Assembly (NCBI RefSeq): GCF_009914755.1 | Contig: NC_060940.1 | Source of the DNA: the human T2T-CHM13v2.0 reference genome, Homo sapiens | Reading direction: 5' to 3' (one strand) | DNA: 64,000 bases | Shown: in pieces, positions 16,013 through 30,435 of the stretch | How positions within the stretch are numbered: position 1 is the stretch's first letter | Layout of the letters: each line of letters opens with the position of its first letter | Notes under the pieces: model-generated | Seen by the model: only the letters and a program-made list of their open reading frames with translations | The model's database searches: none | Told to the model about the DNA's origin: nothing | Position numbers and translations under genes: made by a program

Positions 16013-16827
16013 ATATTTGTTTAATGGGAATAAGAATATGTGTAATTCAGGGAGTTAATGCTACAAAGTGTAAATGTAAATGAAATATATGCAAAAAGCA
16101 CTGTACTAAAATGCTAAATATGCATGAATAAAGACACATAAAATATTTTTCATATCCTTTGCTGAAAACCTAGTGTCATACAGAAGAATGCATATTCAAG
16201 TTTGATGTACAAACTACAAATCTATTCTAAGTCAGTTTCTTGTTCTTGCTTCTTCATCCATTTTGGTAGAGAAATGCTACTGTAATCAAAGAATGTGTGA
16301 AGAGATTACAGTGAAGGGACTAGGGTTTGGCTAAGGCAGTCAACAGCCTCAATTCCAAACCCCTGTATTATAGCCATCACTGAGATCAGAAGAAGAAAAT
16401 GAGCAGGTAAAAAAAAAATAGAAATTTATAATAAAACCATGAAGGAAACAAATTCCTCACTCTAAGCAGGGAAACATCACAGTATTCTTCAGGGTACCCA
16501 CTGCATCCTGCATTATTGGTTATGAAAATTTCCTCAAAAGCTAGGCTGAGGAAGCCAGCTTTTTCTGGCAGATTCAACATGGGTGCATGCTGTCATGGGC
16601 CCCATGAGTACTAAGATTCCAAGGGCTCTAAGGCAATGATGGCAATAACAATTCTCATTGCAGGTAGCTGGATCCTAATACAAAAAAGTTATTTGACTAC
16701 TAACATTCTTTAAATTATTTTGAGAAATTTATTTTAGGGAGCTTTGAGACAGAGTAAAATCCTGGAATGATATGGGAGCTGACTGTTCAACTTACTGATG
16801 GAAATTCAAACTTCCAACAGTCTTGTG

Positions 16828-17320
<493 letters not shown>

Positions 17321-17409
17321 GCCTAGTGTAATGGAGTCAAAGTATTTACTAACGTCATGGGGTTTTGTCCCTCTAGTAAGCTCTTTAGAAAGAAAAAAAG
17401 GTGACTTTC

Positions 17410-17667
17410 CTGCATGTTCTCACTCATAAGTGGGAGTTGAACAATGAGAACACATGGACACAGGGAGGACATCACATACCTGTGCCCATCAAAGGGTCAG
17501 GGGCAAGGGGAGGGAGAGCATTAGGACAAATACCTAATGCATATGGGGCTTAAAACCTAGATGACAGGTTGATGGGTGCAGCAAACCACCATGGCACAAG
17601 TATACCTATGTAACAAACCTGCACGTTCTGCACATGTATCCCAGAACTTAAAGCAAAATTTAAAAAG
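17410..17667 (+). mobile_element. Short L1PA 3'UTR fragment
   Basis: gcatgttctcactcataagtggg...atcccagaacttaaag; approximate TSD aaagaaaaaa(a)ggtga on both sides. Confidence 0.88.
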
Positions 17668-18530
17668 AAAAGAAAAAAGGTGAAATTTATATAGTCATAG
17701 ACAACACAGTCTATTGGCAGAAAGCATCATGATATTTTCATTGCTCAGTGCACTGGAATTTAGAGGACAGATCAGGACAGGAACCTGACTGCCCTCTTTT
17801 AAATCAGCATGGTTCTCAGCATACTTTAGATGCTGTGCAGAGCAAAACACAAGGTTCCAAAATCAAAGATGCTACTTACATTCTCCCCTTAGAGGGTGCA
17901 ATGCACCTTAGCAACTCACCTGTGAAGTCCTATAGCAAAGACCGTGGAATTCAAAGTGACCCGGTCACCCTATCTTTAGTCCCAGTAGTGATTATTAGAG
18001 CTCCATTAGGGATTTGCTGCCCTTGGAGAAAGACTGTGTATCTATTTTTCAAATTTAAACGGCATAAATGCACTTTTATATCATAAAAAATGTTTTGGTA
18101 AACACTGGTTTGAGGCCTCTGTATGGAAAATTTATAGGAAGATACAATTGTGAGCCAACTGCAAGTGAAGATGCTATTTAGAGCCACACATAATGAAATA
18201 AACCCCTTAGTTATGAATCAGTTATTATATTTCACTGAACTCCAACTGTTTCTTTCTCACTGCTTAATTTCACTCTAGCTTTTGTTATTATGCCTAAAGA
18301 AACCATTTTAACATTTTCTCGCATGCACTTTGAGTATCAAAAATTCCATCTACAAGTTTTCAGCTTTTTGCCTCTAATTGCTCCACTGGTTGCTCTAACT
18401 GCTTTAATAAATAATATTATCTGAGTTCTGCTAGTTCCAGAATTCTAAGGTCCCTGCATCACATATTATTTATTATTCCTCTAAGGAAAAGAAGGAGCCT
18501 TTTTCTATCCAAATAATTTCTTTATAGTCA

Positions 18531-18557
18531 GAGAGGAGAGAGAGAGAGAGAGAGAGA
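18531..18557. repeat. (GA)n microsatellite
   Basis: Direct reading. Confidence 0.9.
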
Positions 18558-18801
18558 AAGACAGGAAATGAAGGGAGAATAAAAATGTGAGAAAACAATA
18601 AATAAAATCTACCTTCAAATTACTACAAGGTTCTCTACAGGGTGAGATATTTTCACTATAACATTATTGGCATCCTTGGATATCTATGAACTTCTATTCA
18701 AAATTCATTAGGAAAGGTTTTCCTCCATGTGACCTTAAAGCTCTACAGTTTGATTTTGTTTACCATTTTCAGAGAGCATGTATAAAAGACTAGTTAGATA
18801 A

Positions 18802-19167
<366 letters not shown>

Positions 19168-19492
19168 TTATAGGCTCACAAAGACAGATATTGTGCCTTT
19201 CTAGAAATTTCTTGACAAAATGTAGGTTCAGCTGACAATAATTGGACAAAATGTCAGTCAAAATATATATGAATGAATAAATGAATTAATGTGAATGAAT
19301 GAATGAATGAGTTTCTGAATATGTGACTTAATGAATTAATTACCATTAGTTGAATTCGCAGGTATAGTGAGTTTTTCGAAACAGTGTTGGACGATGTGCT
19401 GTTTTCAAATTGGGGACAATCAAATTTTTATTTGGCCATGAAAGTACAAGAATTAAATGAAACAAGTTTTAATTATTTAAAAATACTAGGTT

Positions 19493-20118
19493 CTTATACG
19501 CTGTTGGTGGGAATGCAAAATGGTGGAGCTGTTATGGAAAATAGTATGGAGGTTCCTCAAAAACTTAAAAACAGAATCACTATATGATTCTGAAATCTCA
19601 CTTCTGAGTATTTATCCCAAAGAATTGAAATCAAGATATTAAAAAGATATTAGCACTCCTATGTTCATAGTATTTACAATAGCCAAAATGGGAAAACAAC
19701 CTAAACGTTCATTGATGAATGGATAAAGAAAATGTGGTATAGAGAGACATTGAAACACTATTCAATGTGTTTCTCCTTTAAAAACAAGGAGATCCTGCAA
19801 TACGCAACAACATGAATGAATGTTAAGGACATTCTACTAAGAGATATAATCCAGTCACGAAAGGACAAATACTGCATGATTCTGCTTTTATGAGGTATCC
19901 AAAATAGTCAAATCCAAAGAATCAGAGAGGATTGTGGTTGCCAGGGACTGGGGAAAAAGAAAATGGGGCATTGCTAATCAACAGGCATAAAGTTTTAGTT
20001 ATGCAAAATAAATAAGTTCTAAAGATGTGCTGTAGAAGTTGCACCTATTGTTAATAATACTATATTGTGCACTTATAAATCTTATAAGATAGTGGATCCC
20101 TTATTAAGTGCTCTTTAC
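19493..20118 (+). mobile_element. Old L1M (L1MA/L1MB) 3' fragment
   Basis: ctgttggtgggaatg...ggaggttcctcaaaaa...gtggttgccaggg...gtgcactta. Confidence 0.8.
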
Positions 20119-21475
20119 ACACACAAACACACCACAAACACACACACAAACAAACATGCTCCTTACAGAAATTGAGAGTTATTGCAAGACTGAGGGAATC
20201 AATCAATACACCATCTACTATCTAAATTAATTCCAAGTTTTCTACAGTATGAAATATTTTCACTTTAGCATCCTTAGATATCATGAATCTAAAGACTGCT
20301 TTCAGGAGAATTGCTGATGAACAGCCACCCTGGTAACTCAGGTGAATTATAAAAATGCCAGAATACCAGTAGGAAAAAAAAATGCAATGCTTCTGTGTTG
20401 AGTGGGTATTTATATTCAAGAGAGGAATTAGGACAACACAGCACTGTGGCCACAATGATCTTATGTTGACCTCCTACTCTGCCTGCTGAATGGCCATCAT
20501 TTCCACTTTTAACTTAAGCAGCTCATGCAGTCTTATTCAAGGTGAATGCTTGGGAAACAATAGAAAGTGATTTCCTTAGAAAGAATCACATACCATCTCA
20601 AAGCCATGGTGACACCCAATACACAATTGAAATAAGTTTATGAAAGGAAAAAAAAAATGGCCCACAGCAGATTTACATGAAAGAACTGACTTATTTCTAG
20701 TATCTGTTCTGGGCTAGGAATGTTTACCTTAAATATAAATAATTTGCTGCATATAACAACTTTTCAGAGTGTCTGTCACGAAGTATGGGCTCAATAAACA
20801 CGACTGTCATCATCGTATTCCACTTTCAAGAATCCATAATCTAGAAGAGCGTGCATAGGTATAGTGGCCAATGATAAGCAGAAACTTGGATTTAACCTCT
20901 CGTCCTGCGTTTACGTGCTATATCACTAAGTACAGGAAGCTTATCCTTTTTAAGTTTCCTTCTTTATAAAACTGAAATCATACTAAGTATTTCTTGGTGT
21001 CATTTGTAAGAATTACGTGAGATAATACATAATAGGAGCTTAGTATGGTGTCGGATTCATCAAATAAAAATAACATTGTTTTCTCCTTTACCTTGCCCAT
21101 CACAATCTGGTTCACAGCCAATAATAACAAACCCATACCAGGTGGCTAGGCAGATGAGCAAAGATCACAGCATTTATACTCTGGTTAATTCCACAGATTT
21201 GGTTTATTTTTCTTCTTTCCTGATATTCAGTGAGGTCATTTAGAGAATGAATAGTCAATTATTTCCATTATAATTGGTCCTACTCAGTCATCCTAAAGCT
21301 TATAGGCCCAGTTGACGAGTTACAGAGATCACAAGGAAAAGAAAGGACTGGGGATAGGCATGGCACCATCATAAGACCCAAGTGCACACCCCAGTTCCAC
21401 TTCTAACTATTTGTGTGATACTGGGCAAGTTAGTTCTTTAATCCTCAGGTTTCACATCTCTTAAATGGGTATAAC

Positions 21476-21846
21476 CGAGACAGCCAAATGCCTAAGCTGA
21501 TAAAAGGCCCTTGGAGAATCTCCGGCCTGCCCCGCAAGTGTTTACATCAGATGCTCTTGTGCAGATGAGGGAACTGGCCCAGGGCTGTGTCTGAGCATGT
21601 CTACATGCGCACTGGGGGAACAGGGTGGAGCCACGGGCAGGGGGAGAAGCCTGGTCTCCAGTTCCGTGTCCTAGCCGGGAGGATTCAATCTGTGAGGTGG
21701 GGAGCCTGTTAGCATGACTCTTATCTTGCTTTGCTGTTTTTTTTTCCCTTTTTGCCCAATAAAATCCTGTCCTACTCACCTTTTAATGTGTCTGCGTACC
21801 TAAATTTTCCTTGTTATGTGATAAGAACCCAGCTTTAGCTGCAACA
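21476..21846 (+). mobile_element. MER61-family ERV1 solo LTR inserted in a MIR
   Basis: (t/c)gagacagcc...gcgcactgggg...ggtggagccac...ggattcaatctg...cccaataaa...gcaaca; near-TSD taac/taat. Confidence 0.75.
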
Positions 21847-24800
21847 TAATGACTCCACATATATATACTAGAAGTGTTAGAGAATGAAACAAGTATATGT
21901 TGCACAGGTCCTGATATATACCAAGCACTCACTAGTAACAACATCCGTAGCAGTAGCAGGAGAAAATAAGACTAAATGAGATCAATTAGACTATTTAGCC
22001 TATAGCTGTCAAAGAAAAAACACAATTCTGCACACAGCCACCTAGATGAATCTCTACTAAAATAAGTTTTAGGTTCTTAATTTGCATTTAAGATGTGAAA
22101 TTGATGGTGGCTTACCTTTTATTAACTGGTAACCCTACTAGCTACCACATATTTTATTCAATATTGTCACTTAATCATCTCATTAACACTGCAAGAAAGA
22201 TGATATTATCCCATACGGAGGAGAAAACTGAATCTCAGAGAATTCCAGAGACTAGTTCTCCGACTGGGAAGTAGTAGTGATATGATTTCAACCTTAGTCT
22301 CCCTAAATTCAAAATATGTCATATTTTAAATAATTTACACAACTTTATTTTACATTAGTGAAAGACATAGTATTGCAGAAAGTAGCAAGGAACTAATTAA
22401 TGTTCCTGCAAGTGAGAGGGTAAGATGACGGATTTTTCTCTATGTCACTTTTCATTTTCCCCCGTAAAGGAATATACAGACAAATACATACAGATAGAGA
22501 TATAGTAGTAGGTATAAGAAGTCAAAAATACATGATATTTCTAGCTTGACAATGTGCTCTAAAAAGAAATTGAACCGCGTGAGAAGCCAACCAACCAACA
22601 AATAACTGTATGTTTTAGCATGGCAGATGCTGGGATAACTGCCTATTTCTTGCTGGATAGCAAATTAAACGTTATCCTAAAAGATGGATACATTCTTGTC
22701 AGTGTATAAAATACAACAGTCCTAAAGAGAAAATAATGCATAGCTATGTGTTACCCAATAATTCCCTGAATATCCATATCCTCTGGTTCTGTCTAAAAAG
22801 GTTAAATGGCTCTAAATCTGTCTGCTAGACTCATAAGGAACTATGCATTGCTCTGGCTAGTCAGGAAATTTAATTTTCTTCTGAAATTAACCAATTGTGC
22901 ATAGAGAGAGGGAAGCTGCTCTCCATGATCCAACTGGGGTGGAGGTGGGGGCAGAGGACTGTAGAACTGCAGAACAGATGTTGAAAAATATGGTTTGTGA
23001 TTCTTAAGTTCTCATCCCATGGAGCCAAGCCAGGTTTAATAAAAAATGTGTGGGCTCCCCCTTCTGAATGACATGCCAAAGGCTGCTGTAAATGCTTTGA
23101 AACAGCATTTGTCCCTTCTTTGGGTAGAACCATAGATGCTGAAGAACTAGCACTTGCCTGACATCTATCAGAAGCACAGATATGCCTGTGTCATCAAATA
23201 GTGCTTTATCTGTCCATCTCTTCCTGGTAAAAACAGTCTCAAATCCCCTTTAGCTTTCCTGAAAATGAAATGCTTCTAAGCTGGACAGTTATTTCTAAAC
23301 AGCCTCAAGCTTCCTCTACACAAACTTTCCTGCCAGTAACAGTAATAAAAGTAGCAATAGCAATAATAATAACTAGCAACTACAATGAGAATCTTCTCTT
23401 GATTCCCTGTGAACTGGAATTAGTATCAGTAAATCTCCATTTTTACATCAGTAAAATGAATAGATTATAAAATGTGCAACCATATGTGGACAACTATGAA
23501 CCTGGATTTATAGCTAGCTCTGCCAATAAGATGCTACTTTTACTATGGCATGAAAGTTCCTTAAGCCTCATCTCTAGATGATTAAGATCGTGTCTCTGCA
23601 CAGCCAGTCCATTCCCACTGGTACCATGTAGTCCATGTTGGGAGCTTATATTATTGTGCTGATATCTGAACCCTTATTTTCCCTAAGGACCCTTGGCTTG
23701 GCAGACTCTGAAGCCCTTACATGCTCCTGGCTGACAAGAGTAGAAACCTTGTCAAATCAAGCACTAAAACCGGTCCTCTGATTGGTGTCTCAGTTGAACC
23801 AATCTCATTTCCTCCCTTCACATTCTTTCTCCTGCTTGGAGATGTAAAGGATGTGGCAACTACTCCTTTTTGAGTTCCTTTCAGAGGAAATTGAGAAACA
23901 TAGGAACAGGGCAGATTCATCCACTCAACAAATATCATTGTCCCCATTAATGTCAGCATTCCAGCATAAAGCCATTGCATAATTTCACTATATTTTCCGG
24001 AAATTAATGCCAATGTAAATTTTTTTTTGGATATTCCTCCCATTGCATTCAACATTGGCCCATTAATAGATATAATTTTCTTAGCCAAATACCCTTATTT
24101 TTTGCATATGTCTATAGTTTGTGAAATTTCTTTAGAACTGAGAATGGCCAATGGACCATTTCTCAAATCCCCAGGTAGTTTCATCTTCTTAGAGGTTAGA
24201 CTCTTCTGCAGGAAGAGTCTTCTTTGCATACTTATTGGCTGTAGTCTTATTTGTTATTCTGAATTTAGAAATGATTTGTACTTAAAAACAAAAAGTGCTC
24301 TTCTGGGTCTGTAAATAATTTTTGTACAAATTCAACTTATTTGGGGTGCTGATTGTCCTGCAAGGTTTTAATCTCAGCCTCATAGTCTCAGCACCCTTGT
24401 GAGTAACAGGAATTTAATACATTTTTTAAAAAATCGAATAAATAAACCGACAGATAACTCACTTTACCAGGGTTTCCCCAAATGAAGTAATTGGAAGCAG
24501 GTCTGCCCTAGTTATTTGTGACTTGTAAATTGAAAGGGTTTGGTATGAGCTGACATCAAACTCAGAAATCAGCTGGACAATTCTTTAAAATTGTATTCCT
24601 CCATCTACTTCTTACTCTCTATCTCCTTGATTTTGCAACAAATATTTGTAAGACAATATTTGAAATCCACACTCAAAACACATCATTAGCCAACACTTCA
24701 CCCTTGGAGACCAGCATAGAAGTTATAGATTTTCAGTGTGCTTTCAGGAGAAAGCTATTTAGCTGGAGAACCTGTACTGTCATTTGGGTGACTGGAAAAA

Positions 24801-25371
24801 GAAAAAAGATGTGTACAGTACAACAGAAAAAAAAAATCGAATGGAGCTTCATTTCTAAAAAAGACAGAAAAGCTTTAATAAAGAATTATTTCGCATCCTG
24901 GGGAAAAATTTTGAGCAGAAAAACTATAAACAGAGGGTATTTTTGAAATGGCAGAGAAAGATTTTTATCTAGGAGACACCAAACCAGATATGCTGACCTA
25001 TCAGAAATGTCCAAGAAGTAATAAAAAGATCATTTCAAAGCCAAACACCAAATGCAGAAATAAAATAGGAGCCTCTTAATGCATTGACACTATGGTCTCG
25101 TGCCTCTAAATTCTAATATATAATTCACCATAACTGTCAAAAGAGACAGAGGACAAACTAGCAATGCTTCCCCAAAGCTAAACAAACAAACAAAAAAAGC
25201 ACTAACAAACAAAAACATAAAAATAACAAGATCCACCCAAATGTATTGCAAACATTTGCAACTTTGCATTTTCATAGAGCTCTCTAAGAGCTGGAATAGC
25301 TGTATTCATCTTATTGTTCCTGGCTCTGGGCTCTATGTAGCACTTAGTAGGCATACGTGTGCGTGTACACA

Positions 25372-25372
<1 letters not shown>

Positions 25373-25403
<31 letters not shown>
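25373..25403. repeat. (CA)n microsatellite ~140 nt downstream of the 254-nt exon donor (UG repeat in the pre-mRNA)
   Basis: Direct reading. Confidence 0.95.
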
Positions 25404-25408
<5 letters not shown>

Positions 25409-25540
25409 GTGCCAACCAACATTATTTGGTCATGTGAGCATAGTCCCAAGGAGAGCCCCACAGAAGGTACAAGCAAAGGCATTTTTCACTGATCTGCTTG
25501 TCATTTGCAGTAGCCAGTATTCCTTTTAAAATAAAAATAC

Positions 25541-25794
25541 CTTATAGGACTGGAAGTGATATCAGGGTCACGAGCAGTCACTTGCCCAATCACGGAGTTT
25601 AGAGCAGCATTTTCATGAACTTCAAGTAGGTAAGTCGGTGAAGAGAAGACCGGAGGCTCATCAGCATCTTCAACCACGATTTTGACTGTCGCCGTGTCTT
25701 TAAAGGGCCCCCTGCCACTGAAGCGTGGGTCAATATGGACATTGGCTGCCTCTACCTTTAGCGTATAGGATTTTTTGGTCTCAAAGTCCAGAGG
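25541..25794 (-). CDS. CDH8: Cadherin-8 coding exon (probably exon 7), end of EC3 and start of EC4
   Basis: taacAG|CCTCTG...CCTATAAG|GTATTT, 254 nt, phase 0/2. Encodes [84 protein letters not shown](R). Not listed in the ORF track; found by reading the minus strand. Confidence 0.96.
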
Positions 25795-28700
25795 CTGTTA
25801 AGAAATGACAAAGATAAATGCTTCTCACTAATGACCACAGCAGCAAGAACAAATGAGTATAATGCTGATGGATGAAAGTTATGTGCATTTAAACCCATTT
25901 GTGAGCCTTAATGGGATCACTCTCCAGTCCCCCAGATTCAACCTGTAAATTTTATGGGCATTTATTTATGTCTGTTTATTATATAAGCTCAGTGAATCTA
26001 ATCTCCTATTGTTTTGTTTTGCTCATTTCACTTGGAATTCACAAAATATTCACAGTCATGAATTGTGCCATCAAAATTTCACTTCAGAGTCATAATAAAA
26101 TTTTACTAGTGACAGCATGACCTGCATACTAATCAGCCACTTAATCAGGCCTCTGCTGGTGGGAGATAAGGCGACATCGAACACAATCTCTGTCTGGGAA
26201 GAATATTTTATCATTTCTGCAACAGAGTGTGAAATGTAAAGAACTAGAAATAATCATTGTTTAGTCCAAGGAGACATTATAAAGCATAATTTAGCACTAA
26301 TCCCCACAAAGAGTATTTTCTGATTTCACTTTAAAGCATTGCTACTCTACTGATCATGTGGTTAAAATGAGGTTTATTATTTTTTAGGACATTCTTAGAG
26401 ACTCTCTATTATGAATTTATGCTATGAGGCAGGTGGGCATGTAAAGAAATATGTGCACCGATACATATGTATGTACTTGTGTTTATATTTAGAAGAAGAA
26501 ATTATGTGAGCAGTATAAATAGATAACTGAATCTAATTGTGCCCCCACAAACCACTTAAAAGCAATTTGAAATTACCTCATTGCACCATTACTGACAATA
26601 TTTCTGACATACTAATACTTCATTCCCTAAAACTCTGAGAGACTTTGGTCAATGACCTAGGTAAGTAAAGCTAGGTAAAAAGAATTCGCCTTCAATAAGC
26701 CAGAAGCCCACGTGCATTAGCACCTTTATAGCCCAATTTTTGGCAACTCATAATACTTCAGATTTCAAGAATGCAAGTCTGTCGAGGTTCAAAGAGACAG
26801 TATACATCTGCATTACAAATTTCTCATAAGAAATAGAACTTTAAATAGGCAATGAAGATTTTTAAAAATAAACTAGAAGACAAACTGGCACCAGTGAACT
26901 CTTTCAGAATTCCAGTACAAGCTTAATTATATATTCTTATTTCAAACTATTGTGTTGGTTTTCACATTTAAATTCTGATCTAATGGGACTTGGCTCCTTT
27001 TTTTTTTTTTTTTTCAATATTTTCTAGTAAACCAGGCAGGCACTCACTTTACTATCTATTCTAAAATTACTAAGCACATGCATCCATGAATAGATCATGC
27101 AACATCAGCATATTCACAATTTGCCAATCACCTTTACTGTAACAATTTTGCAATTTCAAATTCTTCACAAACATCGTTAAGTATAACAGATTATGTTCTG
27201 CTTAATTCCAGCTCAAGATAACAACAATGAACCCAGACACATTCTGGTGTCCCAAGAATTTTATTGGACAAAAAAGAGGGCCTATAAATTGTAGAAATAC
27301 AACTCCTTTGCACTGTTCTCTAGGGTAAAATACACATTTTACTTGGTGTCAAGGTGTATAGTATATGCTTCCAAGTTTATGAATAACAGCAAATAAAAAT
27401 AAAGTAAATGGCTAATTGTTTCAGTTTATAACAGCACTTTATGGCAAAAAAAATGGGAATAATAACAATAAAAATGACATTAGGAATCATTAGTCAAGGA
27501 AAATGTGGCTCTGGGTTATTCAATAATTGACTCAAATATTGTACTCTACTTTATTTCAAACATGGCTTTTTAAATGTTTTGTAGTTCTTAATGCTAAACT
27601 CAACCAGGATTTTGGTAGAAAGATAGCATTGCTCAACAGAGAGTTAAAATAAATGTAGACATCTTTTTCAAAATTGATTTTTAAAAATATGTTTTATAAA
27701 AAAGAATATCCAGAAAACTTTAGGTCTCCAGTGTTAAGATCTCTTCAGTGGGGGCGATTTTTAGAGCAAGACCATTGGAAATATGTCTCGTGTAACATGA
27801 TGGAGATTCAGATATGACCTTACAGTCATATCTACATAATGCTGATGAAGAAAGTGAAAAAAATTATTGACTCCCAATAGTGTGGTCCACCAACTACCTT
27901 ATTTGAGAACAAGCTAATCCATTTAAAAGCTAGTTTGATCTACTTGATGACAAAGGTTTGAAGAACAATATTGAAGAAAATAATCAGGATGAGGATCAAA
28001 GAGTATTTTCCTTGCAAGTGTTTTGTGACTATAAAGAATGAACTATGTTCTACACATTTCTTATGAGTGTAGGTATTATGATGAGAACTATAAATGGAAA
28101 ATGCTGTACAGAATTGTTTACATCTACCATAAAAACAAGAGATTGCTAACAAAAGCAGCCTCAAATTTTCCTACATTATTTGTACTTGTTATGGAGATCT
28201 TTCTTTTTTCAATGGTACCTCCCTATCCAGAAGCAAGGGAACGATGAGATTCATTTCCCATAATGCTCAAACCTCTGAGCCATAGTTTGGAGTATACAAT
28301 GGTAGCAGGGTTGGCCCTGTCCTTCAGGGACTAGAGAAAGCCAGGATAACTGAACCTGAATGTTCTGCCTGTTTGGTTTTTTTTTTTTTTTTTTTTTTTT
28401 TTTAGTTTCCATGAATGTACAGCCTTCAATAAGGACTTGGGAAGCTTCAGTGTATTTGGGGAAGATATTTCAGGAAGCAAGAGTTCAAACATGTGGAGAG
28501 TTATATACAGAAAGACCAAAAGCCACTGAACTTGTCACCTCTGTGGGCAACTGAGGCCTGTTCTTACTGAGAATCCTTTTACAATCTTAAACAATATGAC
28601 TCAGAATAGTTTCTTCAAACAATAGTAACTGTCCACCAATTTTTCTCCCCCTTTGGTTGAGGGCTGCCTTCACAGGATGTTGACTTCCCCACATAATTGA

Positions 28701-28988
28701 AGTGCCCTGTACAAGAAGTCAGTAAATTCCTGTGGTTATGGGTAATAGGTAAGTTGGAGGACAAGCACTATTATGGTAGCTGTTTACTAGACCTTTAGCA
28801 GAAATGTGAAGGGGGCCCAAGAGATAAGAGTTGCCAAAAGGACTGTACTAGTTATCTTGTCTTACTGCTCAAAGCTAAACACCTACCAGCTGTGCAATTC
28901 TGCCAGGAACTCCACACAAGTCCCTCAACTTTAAAACTCAAGTTTCAACAAGATATTTTGAAGATGAACAAAAGCTTCCTTAGCTTAC

Positions 28989-29176
28989 TTTTCTTAGCCT
29001 TATAATGCCATCCTGGGCCTGGGCATCAGAAGTGATTTCAAAAAGTGCTGTTCCATCTCCATCGATGATATCATATGATGACTGTGCATTTTCACCAATA
29101 TCCTGATCATTGGCCTTCACCCTTCCTATTGCAGTGCCAAGAACCACATCTTCCGGTACTGAGAAGTGATACAGGC
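28989..29176 (-). CDS. CDH8: Cadherin-8 coding exon (probably exon 6), first half of EC3
   Basis: tttttaaAG|GCCTG...AGAAAA|GTAAG, 188 nt, phase 1/0. Encodes (S)LYHFSVPEDVVLGTAIGRVKANDQDIGENAQSSYDIIDGDGTALFEITSDAQAQDGIIRLRK (PE and DxD motifs), in frame with the preceding exon. Confidence 0.96.
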
Positions 29177-29910
29177 CTTTAAAAAGAGGAGAAACAATGA
29201 GAGTCACACAAATTCCAACCATTCATTCATTCATATGGCAAATATCTTTTGGGCACCTCCTTTGTTCTGGGCATTCCTATAGATGCTACCAATAAAGTGA
29301 TAGAAAAGACAGAAATATCCGTTTCCCTTCTGGAATGTTCAGTCTTTTAACTGAATCAGAGAAAAACAGTTCCCAGAAGAAGGCATGATCCCTTTTCAAG
29401 GCTCTTCTGAGATATGAAACTTACTCAACCATATGTTTACCAAGTGTATATTTGGAGCAGTTATATCAAGACTATTAGGGAATCTATGTGTATATTTTTT
29501 CCTTTTTGCTGTATAATCACATTTACTGCCCATGGGGATATTCGTCGTTGCCAACATAAAATATTAAGCTAATTTCAGCACAGAAAGATGCAATGTGTAA
29601 CACACTGGAAGTCACTTTTGAACTTACCTTTATATTTACAGACTTTTAGACCATTTTTGATAAAATTCAATTACTGAACTTCTGCTGTGCCCTGCAGCAA
29701 GCTGTTCAGACACATGAAACACTCCTCTTGTTGCTAAAGTCCTCATTGCTCTAAAGACAAAAATCCTGCCTTCAACACTTCCTAGGCAAAATACAATCAA
29801 GTGTATCTTCACTCTCCTATGGGGGCAATAAAGTGTGTCTAATTAGTGTCATTAGTCCATTTTAACTCAAGTCACTTTAGTTGTTATACTGCTGTCACTC
29901 ACTTTCACTG

Positions 29911-30266
29911 GTGTAGAGGAAGCTGTTGGTGTCCCAATCATAACCCCCGGCCATTGTTACTGTAGTGTACACCTGTCTTACATCTAACTGCCACTCCTGC
30001 ATTTCTTTGCCTGAGGGTTATTGCGGGCCTTTAGAACCTATTTTGCCCACTGAGTGTCAGGCCAAAAATGCCAGAAAATTAATGCCTCCTGCAGAAGCAG
30101 CCCTCAAAGACTCACAGGAGTTAGTATATAAAATTCTAGGTCTCTCCATTCTGTGGCAGGATAACTTTGAGTTTTTTCTTTTCTTTTCCTTCTTTACAAT
30201 GGTCCAGAGTTTCTCCAATAAGATAAAGTTCCAGTAACCCACTGTAGTAACTGGCTCAAAAACGCA

Positions 30267-30310
<44 letters not shown>

Positions 30311-30435
30311 GCTATTTCTCTCTCTGTCTCTCTCTCTCCTTTCTCCACTGGCATTTATTGGTCCCATCTCCGAGTTAAACTTACAATCAAATTCTTGTCT
30401 CAGGGTCTGTTTCTGGGGAACCCAAACTCAAAAAA
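29911..30435 (+). mobile_element. LTR16-like ERVL solo LTR containing a T41 run
   Basis: gcatttctttgcctgaggg...gaagcagccctc...ttgtctcagggtctgtttctggggaacccaaac. Confidence 0.6.
30269..30309. repeat. T41 homopolymer
   Basis: Direct reading. Confidence 0.92.

Noticed and set aside
28377-28405. T27-AG as an acceptor for an antisense lncRNA
   Set aside because: No convincing partner donor or transcript evidence; a homopolymer followed by AG is common.
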